Assembly (NCBI GenBank): GCA_963663405.2
Contig: CAXXSM010000009.1
Location: 1-29,396, forward strand
Direction of reading: 5' to 3'
Source: a bacterium
GTDB lineage: Bacteria; Hinthialibacterota; Hinthialibacteria; Hinthialibacterales; Hinthialibacteraceae
DNA: 29,396 nt
Shown piece by piece: positions 1 through 10,430 of this stretch. The notes beneath the pieces are model-generated. The model made no database searches. It saw nothing but the letters and a program-made list of their open reading frames with translations, and was not told the origin of the DNA. The translations under genes were made by a program, and so were the position numbers. Position 1 is the first letter of the stretch; each line of letters begins with the position of its first letter.

Positions 1-1288
1 CCTTCACCCGCTTCGCTTTGATCTGGCTTCTGTCGATCGTGAATTGTTCTCCCTGTGGTGTATAAATGAATGCGAAGGAACCGTCATTTGCGCACGCGGC
101 GCGGATTTTGGCTGCCCCCATCTTAGGTCCATCAACGATAAGGGATTGATCCGGTTCCAGTTTCCACCAGGGGCGGGATTCATACAATCTTCGAACATAG
201 CCCATTTGAAACGCGCCGGGATGGTTGATGGCTTCGGACCAGGGAATATGGGCGCTGATGATTGGGCTGCGTCCTGGGCGCCACATCTGCCAAATATTGT
301 TGTTTCCATATGTGTGACCGCACGCTCCGGCTAAGAGAGACCAATACGCCGCTTGCCGCGCGTCCCCATCTTCGAAACGGACTTGTTCGTTAGTTCCTTT
401 GAAATAGAAACCAATCGGGATCGATTCATAGCGGGGTTCTCCATCGAGAGTTGGTTTTATCGGCTGCAGCGCATAATCATGCGCGGCAAAGAGTCCATTA
501 TCGTGGCCGCGCGCGCCGTGGGAGGATTGGAACATATTGAAATCCAACCAATCGGCGTTATGAAAATAATCGGAGGAGAGACCCGGCCCCCGTGGATGAT
601 ATGTCTTTAAATGCGAACCACCGTCTCCTTCTTCCAAACCTTCGGCCATAGCGTTGATGATTTCCCGTTCTTCTTCGTTTTCTATATTCCGATCGCCTCC
701 TAAAATCCAGATGACATGTTGATCCTTATAGCGTTCTCCAAGAAAGCGGCCATAAATCCGCGCGTTTTCCGCATTGAAGATAGAGGATTCATTTTGGACT
801 TGCTTCCAGTATTTTCCCCAGGATGGCAGCATTCCGATGTATAAGCCCAATTCATTTGCTTTCTTGACGATGTAATCTACATGCGTGAAATAGGCTTCGT
901 TTGTTTGGGTGGGATCTTTATCAATAAGTGGCAAATCGCCATAGGGATTCGGATCGGTCAAACCATTCAGTTGCGCCAGGATGACGGCCTGGATGACCGT
1001 AAAACCTTTTTCGGCTCGATTGGAGAGATAGAGGTCCGCTTCCTCCCGATTGAGCCGATGGAAGAGTTCCCAGGCGGTGGCGCCAAGGTAAAAGAATGGC
1101 TCTCCACTTGTGGTTTCCAGATACCGGTGATTCTCCGCGATCCGCAATGGAGATAGATCCGAAGCGGACGTGGTGGAATTTAGAAGAAGCGTCAATACCA
1201 TAAAAAATCCGATTCCCAAAATGTGAGTTGGATTGGTGATTAGAGAGTGGAATGAAATATAGTGGATTTTTTTGATTCGATCAGTCAT
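1..1288 (-). CDS. Glycoside hydrolase family 140-like (DUF4038, apiosidase-type) protein with C-terminal beta-sandwich domain; partial, runs off the left edge
   Basis: Not in the ORF track because no stop lies in the window. Manual translation from ATG 1288 (AGGAG upstream) gives MTDRIKK...[32 protein letters not shown]...[12 protein letters not shown]...[26 protein letters not shown]...[16 protein letters not shown]...[15 protein letters not shown], motifs typical of DUF4038/GH140. Start and end segments are in the same frame. Confidence 0.85.
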   Translation of the reverse strand, partial: [429 protein letters not shown]

Positions 1289-1371
1289 TCATAGTCTCCT
1301 CTTGAGAGTATATTTTCCGATGTTGGATTATTAGATGATTTGTTTGAATCCTTATTCTTGATTCTTACGTA

Positions 1372-3891
1372 TCAAGGATAGGATCTTGCGATACGGAATC
1401 CAAGAACAGTAAGCGCATTGCCGGTCGAGTAGATCGAACGTGACGCGGAACGGCTGAATTGAGCGGTTAGCTTCCAATCTCCTCCACGGCCGGCGTTGCT
1501 GGATCCTTCTTCCGGTCCGTGTGGATCGGTTTGGGGGCCTCGTTGGTAAGGATCTTCCCAATAATCCATGCACCATTCCCATAGATTTCCGTGCATATCG
1601 TAGAGTCCCCAGGGATTCGGTAATTTTAATCCCACTTCTTTTACATATTCGGGATAGTCATGTTCCCCATTATTCGCGCAGTACCACATATATTGGTCGT
1701 GGAATTCGGAATAGCCACAAAAATCACTGGAACTGAGCGCGTCTCCATGTGAAAACCGTGTTGATGTTCCCGCCCGGCAAGCGTACTCCCATTCCGCTTC
1801 GGTGGGGAGGCGGTACCCATTCGCGTCCCAGTTCACAACCCATGTGGATTCATCAAAGACAGGTGTTCGATTTTCCAGTTCACTCAAACGGTTGCAAAAG
1901 CTGGCGGCGTGATACCAGGAGACATAGTACACGGCGTAATTATCCCCTTTGTTAAACATCTCATCTGCGGGATTATTGCCCATCACCGCTTCATACTGCG
2001 CTTGGGTTACTTCATAGATTCCGATATAGAAATCCTGTGTGATCGTGACTTCATGGGGAGGCCATTCATCGGGCCAGCGGCCTTGTTCATCTTCGGCGCT
2101 ACCCATGGTGAAACTTCCCGCGTGGAGATGGTTGAGTGTGAGTGACTTGGCGTTGTCGGGAAGTTCAAGCGCTATTGTGATCGTATCCGCTCCGGTTTGG
2201 TTGACAACAGTGGGAGTTGGAGGAAGTTCCTCCGGAATCAATGTTGGAGTAAACGTTGGGTAAATAATTGACGTTGAATCCGGCGCCGTCGTTGGTCCTG
2301 TGGTGTTGGTTGGTATTGGATCTGTACTGCCATCCGCCACACTTCTCATGATACGAAAACCGAGGTTGGTATGCCTAAGTCGATATTTATCCCGGTAAGC
2401 CGAACGGCTATATTGAGCGAATTCACCCCAATCCCCGTTGCGCGCGACTCGATAGAAATCCTCTTCGGGTCCACGGGGATCGACTTGGGGACCGCGGTCA
2501 TAGGGATCTTCCCAATGGTCGGTGCAATATTCAGCCACATTGCCATGCATGTCATACAATCCCCAGGGATTCGGCAATTTTAATCCTACGATCTTATTTC
2601 CATAGGGATTGTCGTCCCGGCTATTGTTGCCGCAGTACCACATATATGGATCGTGAAATTCCGTCTCCATGCATTGATCGTTGTCCGCCGTTCCATCTCC
2701 ATGCGAATAGCGGGTGGTTGTGCCCGCGCGGCAGGCGTATTCCCACTCCGCTTCCGTTGGTATACGATACCCGTTTGCGTCCCAATGGATACTCCACGGA
2801 TTGAATGGATCGCCGGATGAACTGTAGCATGGGCTCAAACCTTCAAGTTCGCTGAGCTGGTTACAAAACGATACGCAATCATCAAAATCGACATTATTGA
2901 TTGGATAATTCGTTCCCACTCCATATTGTTCGTAGACGGGATTGAATTTCATGATCGATTCCCATTGGCCTTGTGTCACCTCGTGCGTTCCCATGTAAAA
3001 ATCGTATGTGATGGTGACTTGATGCGGCGGCCATTCCTTTTCATCCCTGTTGATTTCATCAAGTGGGCTGCCCATTGTGAATGTTCCGGCGGGGAGACGG
3101 ATTAAGGTTAACGGTATGGCTTCTTCGGTTAGATCGAGAATGACTGTATGAGTTTTTCCCAATGTAGGCGCCTCTACGGTTGGCGTAGGAGTAGAATGCG
3201 CTTGTATTGGCGCCTGCGTCGCGGTTGCGGTTGGAATCGGCGTTTCGGTTGGTTGATCGGACGGCGCCATCATGATCACATCCGGATCGGTTTCGTTCCC
3301 ACTCATGAATTCTTCATTATAGAATTGGCCTTTTTGTAAAAGAAAGATTTCTAAATTGTCCACATAAGCCGTCAGCGTTTCTGTTTCGCTTGTGTTGACG
3401 ATTTGGAGCAGGGGTTGAAATCCCGCTTCCGAGGGGGGGATGAAGAAATCAGAGAGTCTGCGGTAATGATTTTCAAAATAGGCGCCGTTCATAGGTGTGA
3501 TCGTGGATACGAATACATTACCGCCTTGATCGATCGAAGCGAGGTAAATGGACGCGAAAGAGGAATCGGTTCGTACAGAACAACGGATCAATGCGGACTG
3601 GTTCGATGCGATCGCCGCGGCGAAAATCATCGCGCCTTCGCCTGGTTCCGCCTGGATGATTATACCTTGACCATCCGTGGAGCCGTCGAACGCTTGATCC
3701 GTTGGAATGCTTCCGAATGTAACATCCGCTTTTGGCATCGAATCGAAGCCGGCGCCTTGCACAAGAATTCCATTCTCCTCCACCGTGCCGCCTGAAAAAT
3801 CGTATAGGATTGGTTCTTCCTGAGAGTAGGCCCATCCAGAGAAAAGGAGGAGAGCCGCGATCGCTAGGGTGAAATGTCGTGATGTTCTCAT
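1372..3891 (-). CDS. Secreted protein: N-terminal uncharacterised beta-rich domain, Pro/Thr linkers and two tandem FGE-sulfatase (SUMF1/CLec-fold) domains
   Basis: ORF 1372..3969; likely start is Met27 at 3891 (AAGGA upstream, then signal peptide MRTSRHFTLAIAALLLFSGWAYS). Motifs F.MGS, EVTQ.Q, R(I/L)PTEAEWEYACRAGT, PNPWGLYDMHGN, LGFRI each occur twice. Confidence 0.85.
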   Translation of the reverse strand: MRTSRHFTLAIAALLLFSGWAYSQEEPILYDFSGGTVEENGILVQGAGFDSMPKADVTFGSIPTDQAFDGSTDGQGIIIQAEPGEGAMIFAAAIASNQSALIRCSVRTDSSFASIYLASIDQGGNVFVSTITPMNGAYFENHYRRLSDFFIPPSEAGFQPLLQIVNTSETETLTAYVDNLEIFLLQKGQFYNEEFMSGNETDPDVIMMAPSDQPTETPIPTATATQAPIQAHSTPTPTVEAPTLGKTHTVILDLTEEAIPLTLIRLPAGTFTMGSPLDEINRDEKEWPPHQVTITYDFYMGTHEVTQGQWESIMKFNPVYEQYGVGTNYPINNVDFDDCVSFCNQLSELEGLSPCYSSSGDPFNPWSIHWDANGYRIPTEAEWEYACRAGTTTRYSHGDGTADNDQCMETEFHDPYMWYCGNNSRDDNPYGNKIVGLKLPNPWGLYDMHGNVAEYCTDHWEDPYDRGPQVDPRGPEEDFYRVARNGDWGEFAQYSRSAYRDKYRLRHTNLGFRIMRSVADGSTDPIPTNTTGPTTAPDSTSIIYPTFTPTLIPEELPPTPTVVNQTGADTITIALELPDNAKSLTLNHLHAGSFTMGSAEDEQGRWPDEWPPHEVTITQDFYIGIYEVTQAQYEAVMGNNPADEMFNKGDNYAVYYVSWYHAASFCNRLSELENRTPVFDESTWVVNWDANGYRLPTEAEWEYACRAGTSTRFSHGDALSSSDFCGYSEFHDQYMWYCANNGEHDYPEYVKEVGLKLPNPWGLYDMHGNLWEWCMDYWEDPYQRGPQTDPHGPEEGSSNAGRGGDWKLTAQFSRSASRSIYSTGNALTVLGFRIARSYP
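1375..3157 (-). repeat. Intragenic tandem duplication of the FGE-like domain (copies at about 2340-3157 and 1375-2187)
   Basis: Identical peptide blocks in both copies (WPPH.VTIT.DFY, WDANGYR.PTEAEWEYACRAGT, EFHD.YMWYC.NN, VGLKLPNPWGLYDMHGN); the DNA is diverged at synonymous sites. Confidence 0.85.
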
Positions 3892-3979
3892 GGGAGTATC
3901 CTTTTGAAACGAGTATTTTAAGATCTGGATATCCTGTGCGTGAGAAAAATCCATTATCTTTTTCTCCATCTTATTGATT

Positions 3980-6823
3980 TTATTCTTTCAATCGGCGCTC
4001 CGCGTCTTCATCCATCCATTTGCGCATAATATCTGGGTGATCCATGCGGGGATAATCGTGAAGGGATTTCCAGTTAAATTCCGCGTCGTATGGATCAAGC
4101 GCCTTTTGGGGATCAAAGACAGCGGGATGGACTGGAACCGCTTCGTATGGGGAGAAGTCCGGTGTGGCTTGGAACATGTCGGAAAGGTCGCTGGTCATAG
4201 CGTCGTAGTGATTGATGTATGGAATTCCTAAAATCAAATTCATCGTCTTGATAATTGAAGGCAGTGAGGTATGAATATGAGAGACATGACCGAAACGGGC
4301 GTAGGGGCTGATGACGATACAAAGGCTTCGATGATGGTCGATGTGATCGCGTCCATTTTGGGCGTCGTCTTCGGTGACGATAATCGCCATTTCTTTCCAA
4401 TATTTTGTATGGCTCAACCGTTCCACAACACGCCCGAGAGCTAGGTCATTGTCAGCCATGTAAGACTCGCGATAGGGGTAGCCGTCTTTGGGGCGTTCAC
4501 CGGCGCCGTGGTCTTGAGGCAGGGACATGGTAATCACATGTGGGAATGGTTCCTTACCGGACAGCCACCGGTCTTCCAATTCCTTTTCAAACATGTCAAC
4601 ACGGAACTGATCGGGGATGTTGGTGTTGTATGTGGCGAAGATGCGGGAAGTGCGTTCGAATAATGGAGCGGGAACAGGATAGTTCATGGGGAATCGAATT
4701 CCCGTAAATTTGTAATCGTGTCCGCTTTCTTCTTTTCCTGAAGGGAATTCAACACCCAGACCGAAGTTGAAGAAATCCACATCATATCGGGCGAAGTGAT
4801 CCCATAACGATCCCACTTCGATATAATCTTCCGGCAAGAGGGCGGCGTACGCGCCGGTTACACCCCGGCGGCCGGGAGCGGTGGATTCCGCGATGAAACG
4901 GCGCCGTCCGCCATAGGACGCGGAGGTGCTCGTTTCACACCAGACGCCGGGATAGACGCCCTGCAGCCATCGATGCCCGTCGGCGGAATGGTCCGAATCG
5001 CAATAGAAGTTATCACAGGTGGCGAAGCGTCGAGCCATGATTTGATGGTTCGGCATGACATTCACATTTTCGACAACGTCATCGGGACGTGTCTGCGACC
5101 GGACCGTGGCTTGCAAGCCGAAATCGGCCAAAGAAGGTTCTCCCCGTCCTCCTTCAAGTTCACCGAAGACTTGATCATAGGTTCGATTTTCCTTGGCGAT
5201 GAAAACGACGTATTTTATGGGGGATTCGTACGCGCCGGGATAAGGGGGAACGGGATTTTGTTCGTCTCTCTCCCAGGGGCGGAAATGGCTAATCTGGGCG
5301 TTATTGGTAAGGACCTGCGCAGTTTCTCCAGCAAGTTCGTTCCGGGTCGGGATTTTGAAGATGGAGACTGTGCCGCGCATGAGATTTCCGATTCCCGTCC
5401 GGCCTTTTAAATCAACGCCCGGCCCGCCGTTCGGTCCGGCGCCAAATCCTTTCGCGTTCGACACGAGTAGATGAGTCCCGTCCGGAGAGACCGCAAGTTT
5501 GCTGGGGAACCACCCAGTGGGGATGTGACCGAGGATTTCATTTGTATGTGTGTCGATGACGCCCACTGCGTTGATTCCGGCTTCGGCGGCGAAGAGATAA
5601 TTTTGATCCGGCGAAAGAGCCAGGCCAAAGGGGATCACGCCACGCAAACGGTTGAGTGGAGCGGGCATGGTTAGTTTGATGTCTTCTTTAATGGTGTTCG
5701 TTTCCACATCAATGATGGAAATCGAATCGTTTGTCCCATTAGAGACATAGACGAAACGGCCATTGCAAACGATGGAATTGGGGGAGGCGCCGCCAAGGGC
5801 GGGAATGCCTTCAATTCGTTCGCCTACAAGAACGCCGGTTTTAATTTTGGCGATGATTTTGCCTCGATCGGGTTGTTCTAAATCGATGGTGTAGACCGAG
5901 ACGGATTCCGGGACATTGGGATCGCCTAGACCGGGGACATTAATATCCCCAATTGTCGCGCCGTGAATCATTTCGTTTGAAAGATAGGGGAATGCGGCGA
6001 ATGTTAATGAGGTTTCCTCAAATTTTTTTGGATCGAATCCTTCTACGAGGCTATATTCAAAAAGACCAATATTAGCGACATACAATCGCGAACCGTCAGG
6101 GGATTGGCATATTCCGAATGGATACCGGCCGACGGGGATTACATCAACGATACTGCGGGATTCCATATCGATCGTTACAACACGGAAATTCATCTGATCG
6201 ACAACATAGAGCCGGGACGCGTCCGGGGATAAAACCATATCACCCGTATAACTATCTTCCCAGGTACGCCCCCGGAATGGGACGTTCAGGTTAATGGTAT
6301 ACAGGCGCTCTCGTTTAATGATATCCCAGACCATCACGGTTCCATCATCCCCGCCCGACGCGTAGAGAAGATGATTATCTGGAGTAGTAGGGATCGCAAC
6401 GCCCATAAAACAGGCGTTGAGAACGCCTTCATCCGTGTGAACGCCTTCGGGGATTTGATCGATTGTTGGGTTCTCAGAGAGGGGATCGCGGATTATGGAG
6501 AGAGAAAAAGGATCGACACCGCTGTTGACTGTGACAAGCACACGGCCGTCTTTGGAGAGCGTCAAACCATAGGGGTGCGGTTCGATGACGAGCTGTCTGC
6601 CTCGCGGTGTGAGGAGACGGCCGTTTGGGATTACGGAGACGCCCTCGTGGTGGATCTGGCAGTAGAGAGTACCCGCCGGGGCGGAGAGGACAACGCTTGA
6701 AATATCTTGGTTTGATGAACCGGCCAGGGAATTGAAATTCCAGACCGTAATAAGAATTATCACTGATGTAAAGGCAATCAATCGAATCAGGAAATTCATG
6801 GTTATTCTATTCTTTATTTTCAT
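3980..6823 (-). CDS. YVTN/YncE beta-propeller fused to a phosphoesterase (alkaline-phosphatase-superfamily) domain, exported
   Basis: ORF 3980..6904, likely start 6823 (AAGGA upstream, N-terminal hydrophobic helix). Propeller repeats (IPVGRYPFGICQSPDGSRLYVAN, IPTGWFPSKLAVSPDG) precede IKYVVFIAKENRTYDQVFG, DNFY..SDHSADGH.W, MADNDLALGRVVE, TEDDAQNG.DHID.HRS. Confidence 0.85.
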   Translation of the reverse strand: MKIKNRITMNFLIRLIAFTSVIILITVWNFNSLAGSSNQDISSVVLSAPAGTLYCQIHHEGVSVIPNGRLLTPRGRQLVIEPHPYGLTLSKDGRVLVTVNSGVDPFSLSIIRDPLSENPTIDQIPEGVHTDEGVLNACFMGVAIPTTPDNHLLYASGGDDGTVMVWDIIKRERLYTINLNVPFRGRTWEDSYTGDMVLSPDASRLYVVDQMNFRVVTIDMESRSIVDVIPVGRYPFGICQSPDGSRLYVANIGLFEYSLVEGFDPKKFEETSLTFAAFPYLSNEMIHGATIGDINVPGLGDPNVPESVSVYTIDLEQPDRGKIIAKIKTGVLVGERIEGIPALGGASPNSIVCNGRFVYVSNGTNDSISIIDVETNTIKEDIKLTMPAPLNRLRGVIPFGLALSPDQNYLFAAEAGINAVGVIDTHTNEILGHIPTGWFPSKLAVSPDGTHLLVSNAKGFGAGPNGGPGVDLKGRTGIGNLMRGTVSIFKIPTRNELAGETAQVLTNNAQISHFRPWERDEQNPVPPYPGAYESPIKYVVFIAKENRTYDQVFGELEGGRGEPSLADFGLQATVRSQTRPDDVVENVNVMPNHQIMARRFATCDNFYCDSDHSADGHRWLQGVYPGVWCETSTSASYGGRRRFIAESTAPGRRGVTGAYAALLPEDYIEVGSLWDHFARYDVDFFNFGLGVEFPSGKEESGHDYKFTGIRFPMNYPVPAPLFERTSRIFATYNTNIPDQFRVDMFEKELEDRWLSGKEPFPHVITMSLPQDHGAGERPKDGYPYRESYMADNDLALGRVVERLSHTKYWKEMAIIVTEDDAQNGRDHIDHHRSLCIVISPYARFGHVSHIHTSLPSIIKTMNLILGIPYINHYDAMTSDLSDMFQATPDFSPYEAVPVHPAVFDPQKALDPYDAEFNWKSLHDYPRMDHPDIMRKWMDEDAERRLKE

Positions 6824-6999
6824 TATTCGTCCTTTCTTCGAAGAGCGGATGCATTGATTCGCCGCCTTCTTCACTATTCCGCTATTAACATTTAACATAA
6901 ACAATTCATGAGTCCGTACTTTTTTTCTTGCTATTATTCCCCTATTCTAAATGAGCGATAGGGGAGACGAAGGCGTCAGGCATGAGGGAGATTATTTAT

Positions 7000-7665
7000 A
7001 TGACTGAAGTGGATTTAGTATTTTTTGACATGGATCACACACTTTTGGATATGGATTGTGATCTGTCGTGGAAAGAATTTCTTGTGGATGAGGGATTGGC
7101 TCCCCCCGCTGATAAAGAAGAAGCGCGCCGTTATCTTGAATTGTACCACCAGGGGATCAGCCCTGTAGAGGAATTTCTTCAATTCCAGCTGCGTGAATTT
7201 ATTGGCAGGACTCTCATGGAGATGGAGCGCTTGGCCCAACGGCACTTCGAAGAACGGGTCAGCGGTCATGTCTTTCCGCAAGCGATCGATACGATCGCCG
7301 GATTTACACAAAGGGAGATTCCCACCGCGCTCTTAACGGGCACGAACAATATTATTTCCACTCCCATAGCGGAGAAATTGGGGATCCGCGATATCCTGGC
7401 GACAGAATTGGCGGTTGTGGATGGGCGCTTCACGGGCGGAATCGAAGGTCCTTATCTGAGCAAGGAAGGGAAAGTGGAAAAAGCGCTGGATTTCTGCCGG
7501 AAAATGAATACAGAACCAGTCCGGTGCGCCTTCTTCGCCGATAGTATCAACGATCTGCCCATGCTGGAACGAGCTGGACGCCCTGTGACGGTGAATCCGA
7601 AACCGAACTTGCTTGAAATAGCTCAGTCCCGTAATTGGGAGATCCAATATTGGGATTTTGAATGA
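7000..7665 (+). CDS. HAD-superfamily hydrolase, subfamily IB (PSP-like)
   Basis: Motif I FFDMDHTL, motif II LLTGT, motif IV FADSINDLPML, and P.TVNP. ORF 6982..7665; start at 7000 is preferred (GAGGGAG upstream). Confidence 0.88.
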   Translation: MTEVDLVFFDMDHTLLDMDCDLSWKEFLVDEGLAPPADKEEARRYLELYHQGISPVEEFLQFQLREFIGRTLMEMERLAQRHFEERVSGHVFPQAIDTIAGFTQREIPTALLTGTNNIISTPIAEKLGIRDILATELAVVDGRFTGGIEGPYLSKEGKVEKALDFCRKMNTEPVRCAFFADSINDLPMLERAGRPVTVNPKPNLLEIAQSRNWEIQYWDFE

Positions 7666-7680
7666 AGGATAGGTAAGATT

Positions 7681-9091
7681 ATGAAAAAGGATATTGCGAT
7701 CATCGGCGCTGGGATCGTAGGAACCGCGATCGCGCGCGAACTATCCTGCTGCGATCTCTCCTGCGTTCTGCTGGAAAAACACAATGATGTGGGGGCGGAG
7801 ACGAGCAAAGCGAACAGCGCGATTCTGCATACGGGATTTGACGCTCCACCAGGATCGTTGGAAGCGCGTTTAGTGAGAGACAGTTACAACGAGTTTTGCC
7901 GCATTGCGCCGGCGATGGGGATCGCGCTTGAAAAGACGGGCGCGCTCTTGGTTGCTTGGACGGAGGAGGAAGTCCAATCCCTGCCCGCTATTGTAAAAAA
8001 AGCGCGCGAGAATGGCGTGATGGATGTAGCGGAACTCTCGTTGGAAGAATTGTATACACGCGAACCTGACTTAGCGCCCGGCGCGCTGGCTGCCTTGGAA
8101 GTGCCAAGGGAATCGATTATCGATCCGTTTACCCCGGTAATCACGTTCGCTACACAGGCGGCCCGCAATGGAGTCGAGATTCTCTGCAGTCACACTCTGC
8201 TGGGAGTCCGGACGGAGGGAGGAACGCATTTTCTCCAAACAACAGGCGGATCGATTGAGGCGAACTGCGTGATTAACGCGGCGGGATTGTACAGCGATGA
8301 AGTGGACCGGTTGTTTGGTCATGAAGTGTTTACCGTCACGCCGCGCAAGGGTGAATTCATCATTTATGATAAGATCGCCCGGTCCTTGGCAAGTAGTATC
8401 ATTCTTCCTGTGCCTACGGAAAAAAACGAAAGGCATGCTCGTTTCACCTACAGTATTTGGCAATCTATTGGCGGGTCCCACCGCAGACGACCAAAAGGAT
8501 AAAACGGATACCAGCACAAGCGCCGGGGGATTGGAGAGAATCCGCCGGAACGCGGAACGGTTATTCCCCGCATTGGCGCGTATCCCGGTTACCGCTACCT
8601 ACGCGGGTCTGCGGGCCGCCACTGAACACCGGGATTATCAAATTCACTTTTATCCTGATCAGAATTATATTACGGTGGGAGGGATTCGATCCACCGGCCT
8701 TTCCGGCTCATTGGGCATTGCGCCTTATGTGCTGGCAGGATTGCGGGATATGGGTTGGAAAGCGGAACGTGTCCGGGACTATCCAAAAATCAAACCGCAT
8801 AATCTGGGTGAAGCGTTCGAACGGCCCTATCAAAGTCAAGAATATATCCGGGAGAATCCGGATTACGGCCGGATCGTCTGCCACTGTGAACGGGTATCGC
8901 GCGCGGAGATTGAAGATGCGCTCAATAGCGATGTACCCGCCAGAGATATCGATGGACTGCGCCGCCGGACGCGAGCGTCGATGGGCCGCTGTCAAGGATT
9001 CCACTGCCAGGCGGCCCTGGACGCCGTGCTAAGGGAAGCGAATCCCAGCTATGCGGAAGACAGAGTAAAAAAAGGGGGGCAAGATGATTGA
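7681..9091 (+). CDS. FAD-dependent oxidoreductase (GlpA/L-2-hydroxyglutarate oxidase-like) with C-terminal BFD-like [2Fe-2S] domain; one +1 indel at A7 run 8420-8426
   Basis: IAIIGAGIVG, ETSKANSAILHTGFD, PRKGEF in ORF 7681..8502, continuing as TKGMLVSPTVFGNLLAGPTA, YAGLRAA, GIRSTGLS, IVCHCE...RRTRASMGRCQGFHC in ORF 8297..9091. Confidence 0.85.
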
Positions 9092-10325
9092 ACGGCGTTT
9101 AGTAGATGTACTCATCATCGGCGGTGGTCCCGCTGGACTCAGCGCCGCCCGGCGTCTCAAGAACTTGGGCGTGGAATCCGTGTTGGTCTGTGAAAGGAAA
9201 TCGGTTTTAGGCGGGACGCCCTTATATTCCAACCATTTCGGATTTGGCCCTACTCTGACGACGGGGCCGTTCTATGCCGTCAAACTGATCCGCGATGCGC
9301 TTAAAACAGAATGTTGAATTATGGACGGAAGCGACTGTCCATGCGTGGGAAGGGGATCGAACGGTATGCGTGACGAGTCCAAAAGGTCGGGGCGCCATAA
9401 CCGCGAAAGCCGTTCTGCTGGCCACTGGCTGCCGGGAAAAGCACACGCAGCGCGCTTCTCGTTCCGGGACACCGTCCATCCGGTGTGTTGACCACATCTT
9501 CGCTGCAGCATTTCACATTCGCCTACAAACGTACAATCGGAGAAAGGGCGCTGGTCGTGGGCGCTGAACATGTATCGTTCAGCGCGGTCCATACGCTGCG
9601 GCGTTATGGCTGCAAAACAGTCGCGATGATTACGACTCATACACAGCATCAAACGTATCCTCCGGTGAAATGGTTTCTCTCGGATCTGCGTCGCATTCCC
9701 ATCATGACGAACGCCATCCCCAGTAATATTCTTGGCGGAGACCGGGTGGAAGCCGTAAGAGGTAACCAATACTGTTTCGGGTAAGACTAATTGCTATGAA
9801 GTGGACACCGTTGTGTTTTCCGGGCGGTTCATTCCCGAATACGAACAAGCTTACGCGGCGGGTGTTGCGGTGGATGAAGGGACGCGCGGTCCGGCGGTTG
9901 ACCAGCGTTTGCGTACAGAGAAGGAAGGTATTTTCGCCGCCGGTAATATTCTCCGGGGCGCGGAACGGGCGGGTGTGGCGGCGCGGGAGGGCCGTTACGC
10001 CGCGGACATGATACACGCCTATCTTCATAAACCAACGTGGCCGCGTGACCGGATTGCTCTGTATTGCAAGTCTCCTTTGACCTGCGTTTCACCCAACCGT
10101 ATTGCGGTCAACGATAGCGCTCCTCCAGTTTGGTTGATGACTTGGCGGGTGGATAAATGTATAGAAAAGGGAATTTTCAGGATCGAGCAGGATGGGCGTG
10201 TTTTGTATGAACGAAACGTTGGGCGGCTGCTGCCCAACCGGCGGCTTGTGTTGTGTTCCGGGGATTGGATAAAAGATGTACGCCTGGATGGTTCTGCGTT
10301 GACGGCGGAGATTGTATCGGTGTAA
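9084..10325 (+). CDS. NAD(P)/FAD-dependent oxidoreductase (pyridine nucleotide-disulfide family), usual partner of the GlpA-like gene; several indels
   Basis: Fragments in successive frames: VLIIGGGPAGLSAA (9084), AVLLATGCRE (9295), ALVVGAEHVSFSA (9485), DTVVFSGRFIPE...GPAVDQRLRT..GIFAAGNIL (9801). Start overlaps the upstream stop. Confidence 0.8.
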
Positions 10326-10430
10326 GCTGATTGTGGAGATTTGGACTGATGTTGAATTTATTACGATATTATTAATTGTAAACGCTTCTATTGAATGACG
10401 ATCGTATAACTAAAAAAGAAAGCGGGGGCT

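Noticed and set aside
1372-3157. Diversity-generating retroelement (the two FGE domain ends as VR/TR)
   Set aside because: The two C-terminal segments differ at all base types and in length, not only at adenines, and no reverse transcriptase or template repeat is visible in the window.
6938-6965. Inverted repeat TCCCCTAT-N12-ATAGGGGA in the divergent promoter region
   Set aside because: Single occurrence with arms in the opposite order to the GGGA/TCCC operators; no further support for a function.
7640-7665. HAD C-terminus (IQYWDFE) as a fourth W-x-x-Y tail
   Set aside because: Spacing differs, the Trp belongs to the usual HAD-IB end, and the protein has no signal peptide.
8420-8426. Programmed ribosomal frameshift or phase variation at the A7 run
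   Set aside because: It is one of many similar homopolymer indels across unrelated neighbouring genes, so sequencing error is more parsimonious.
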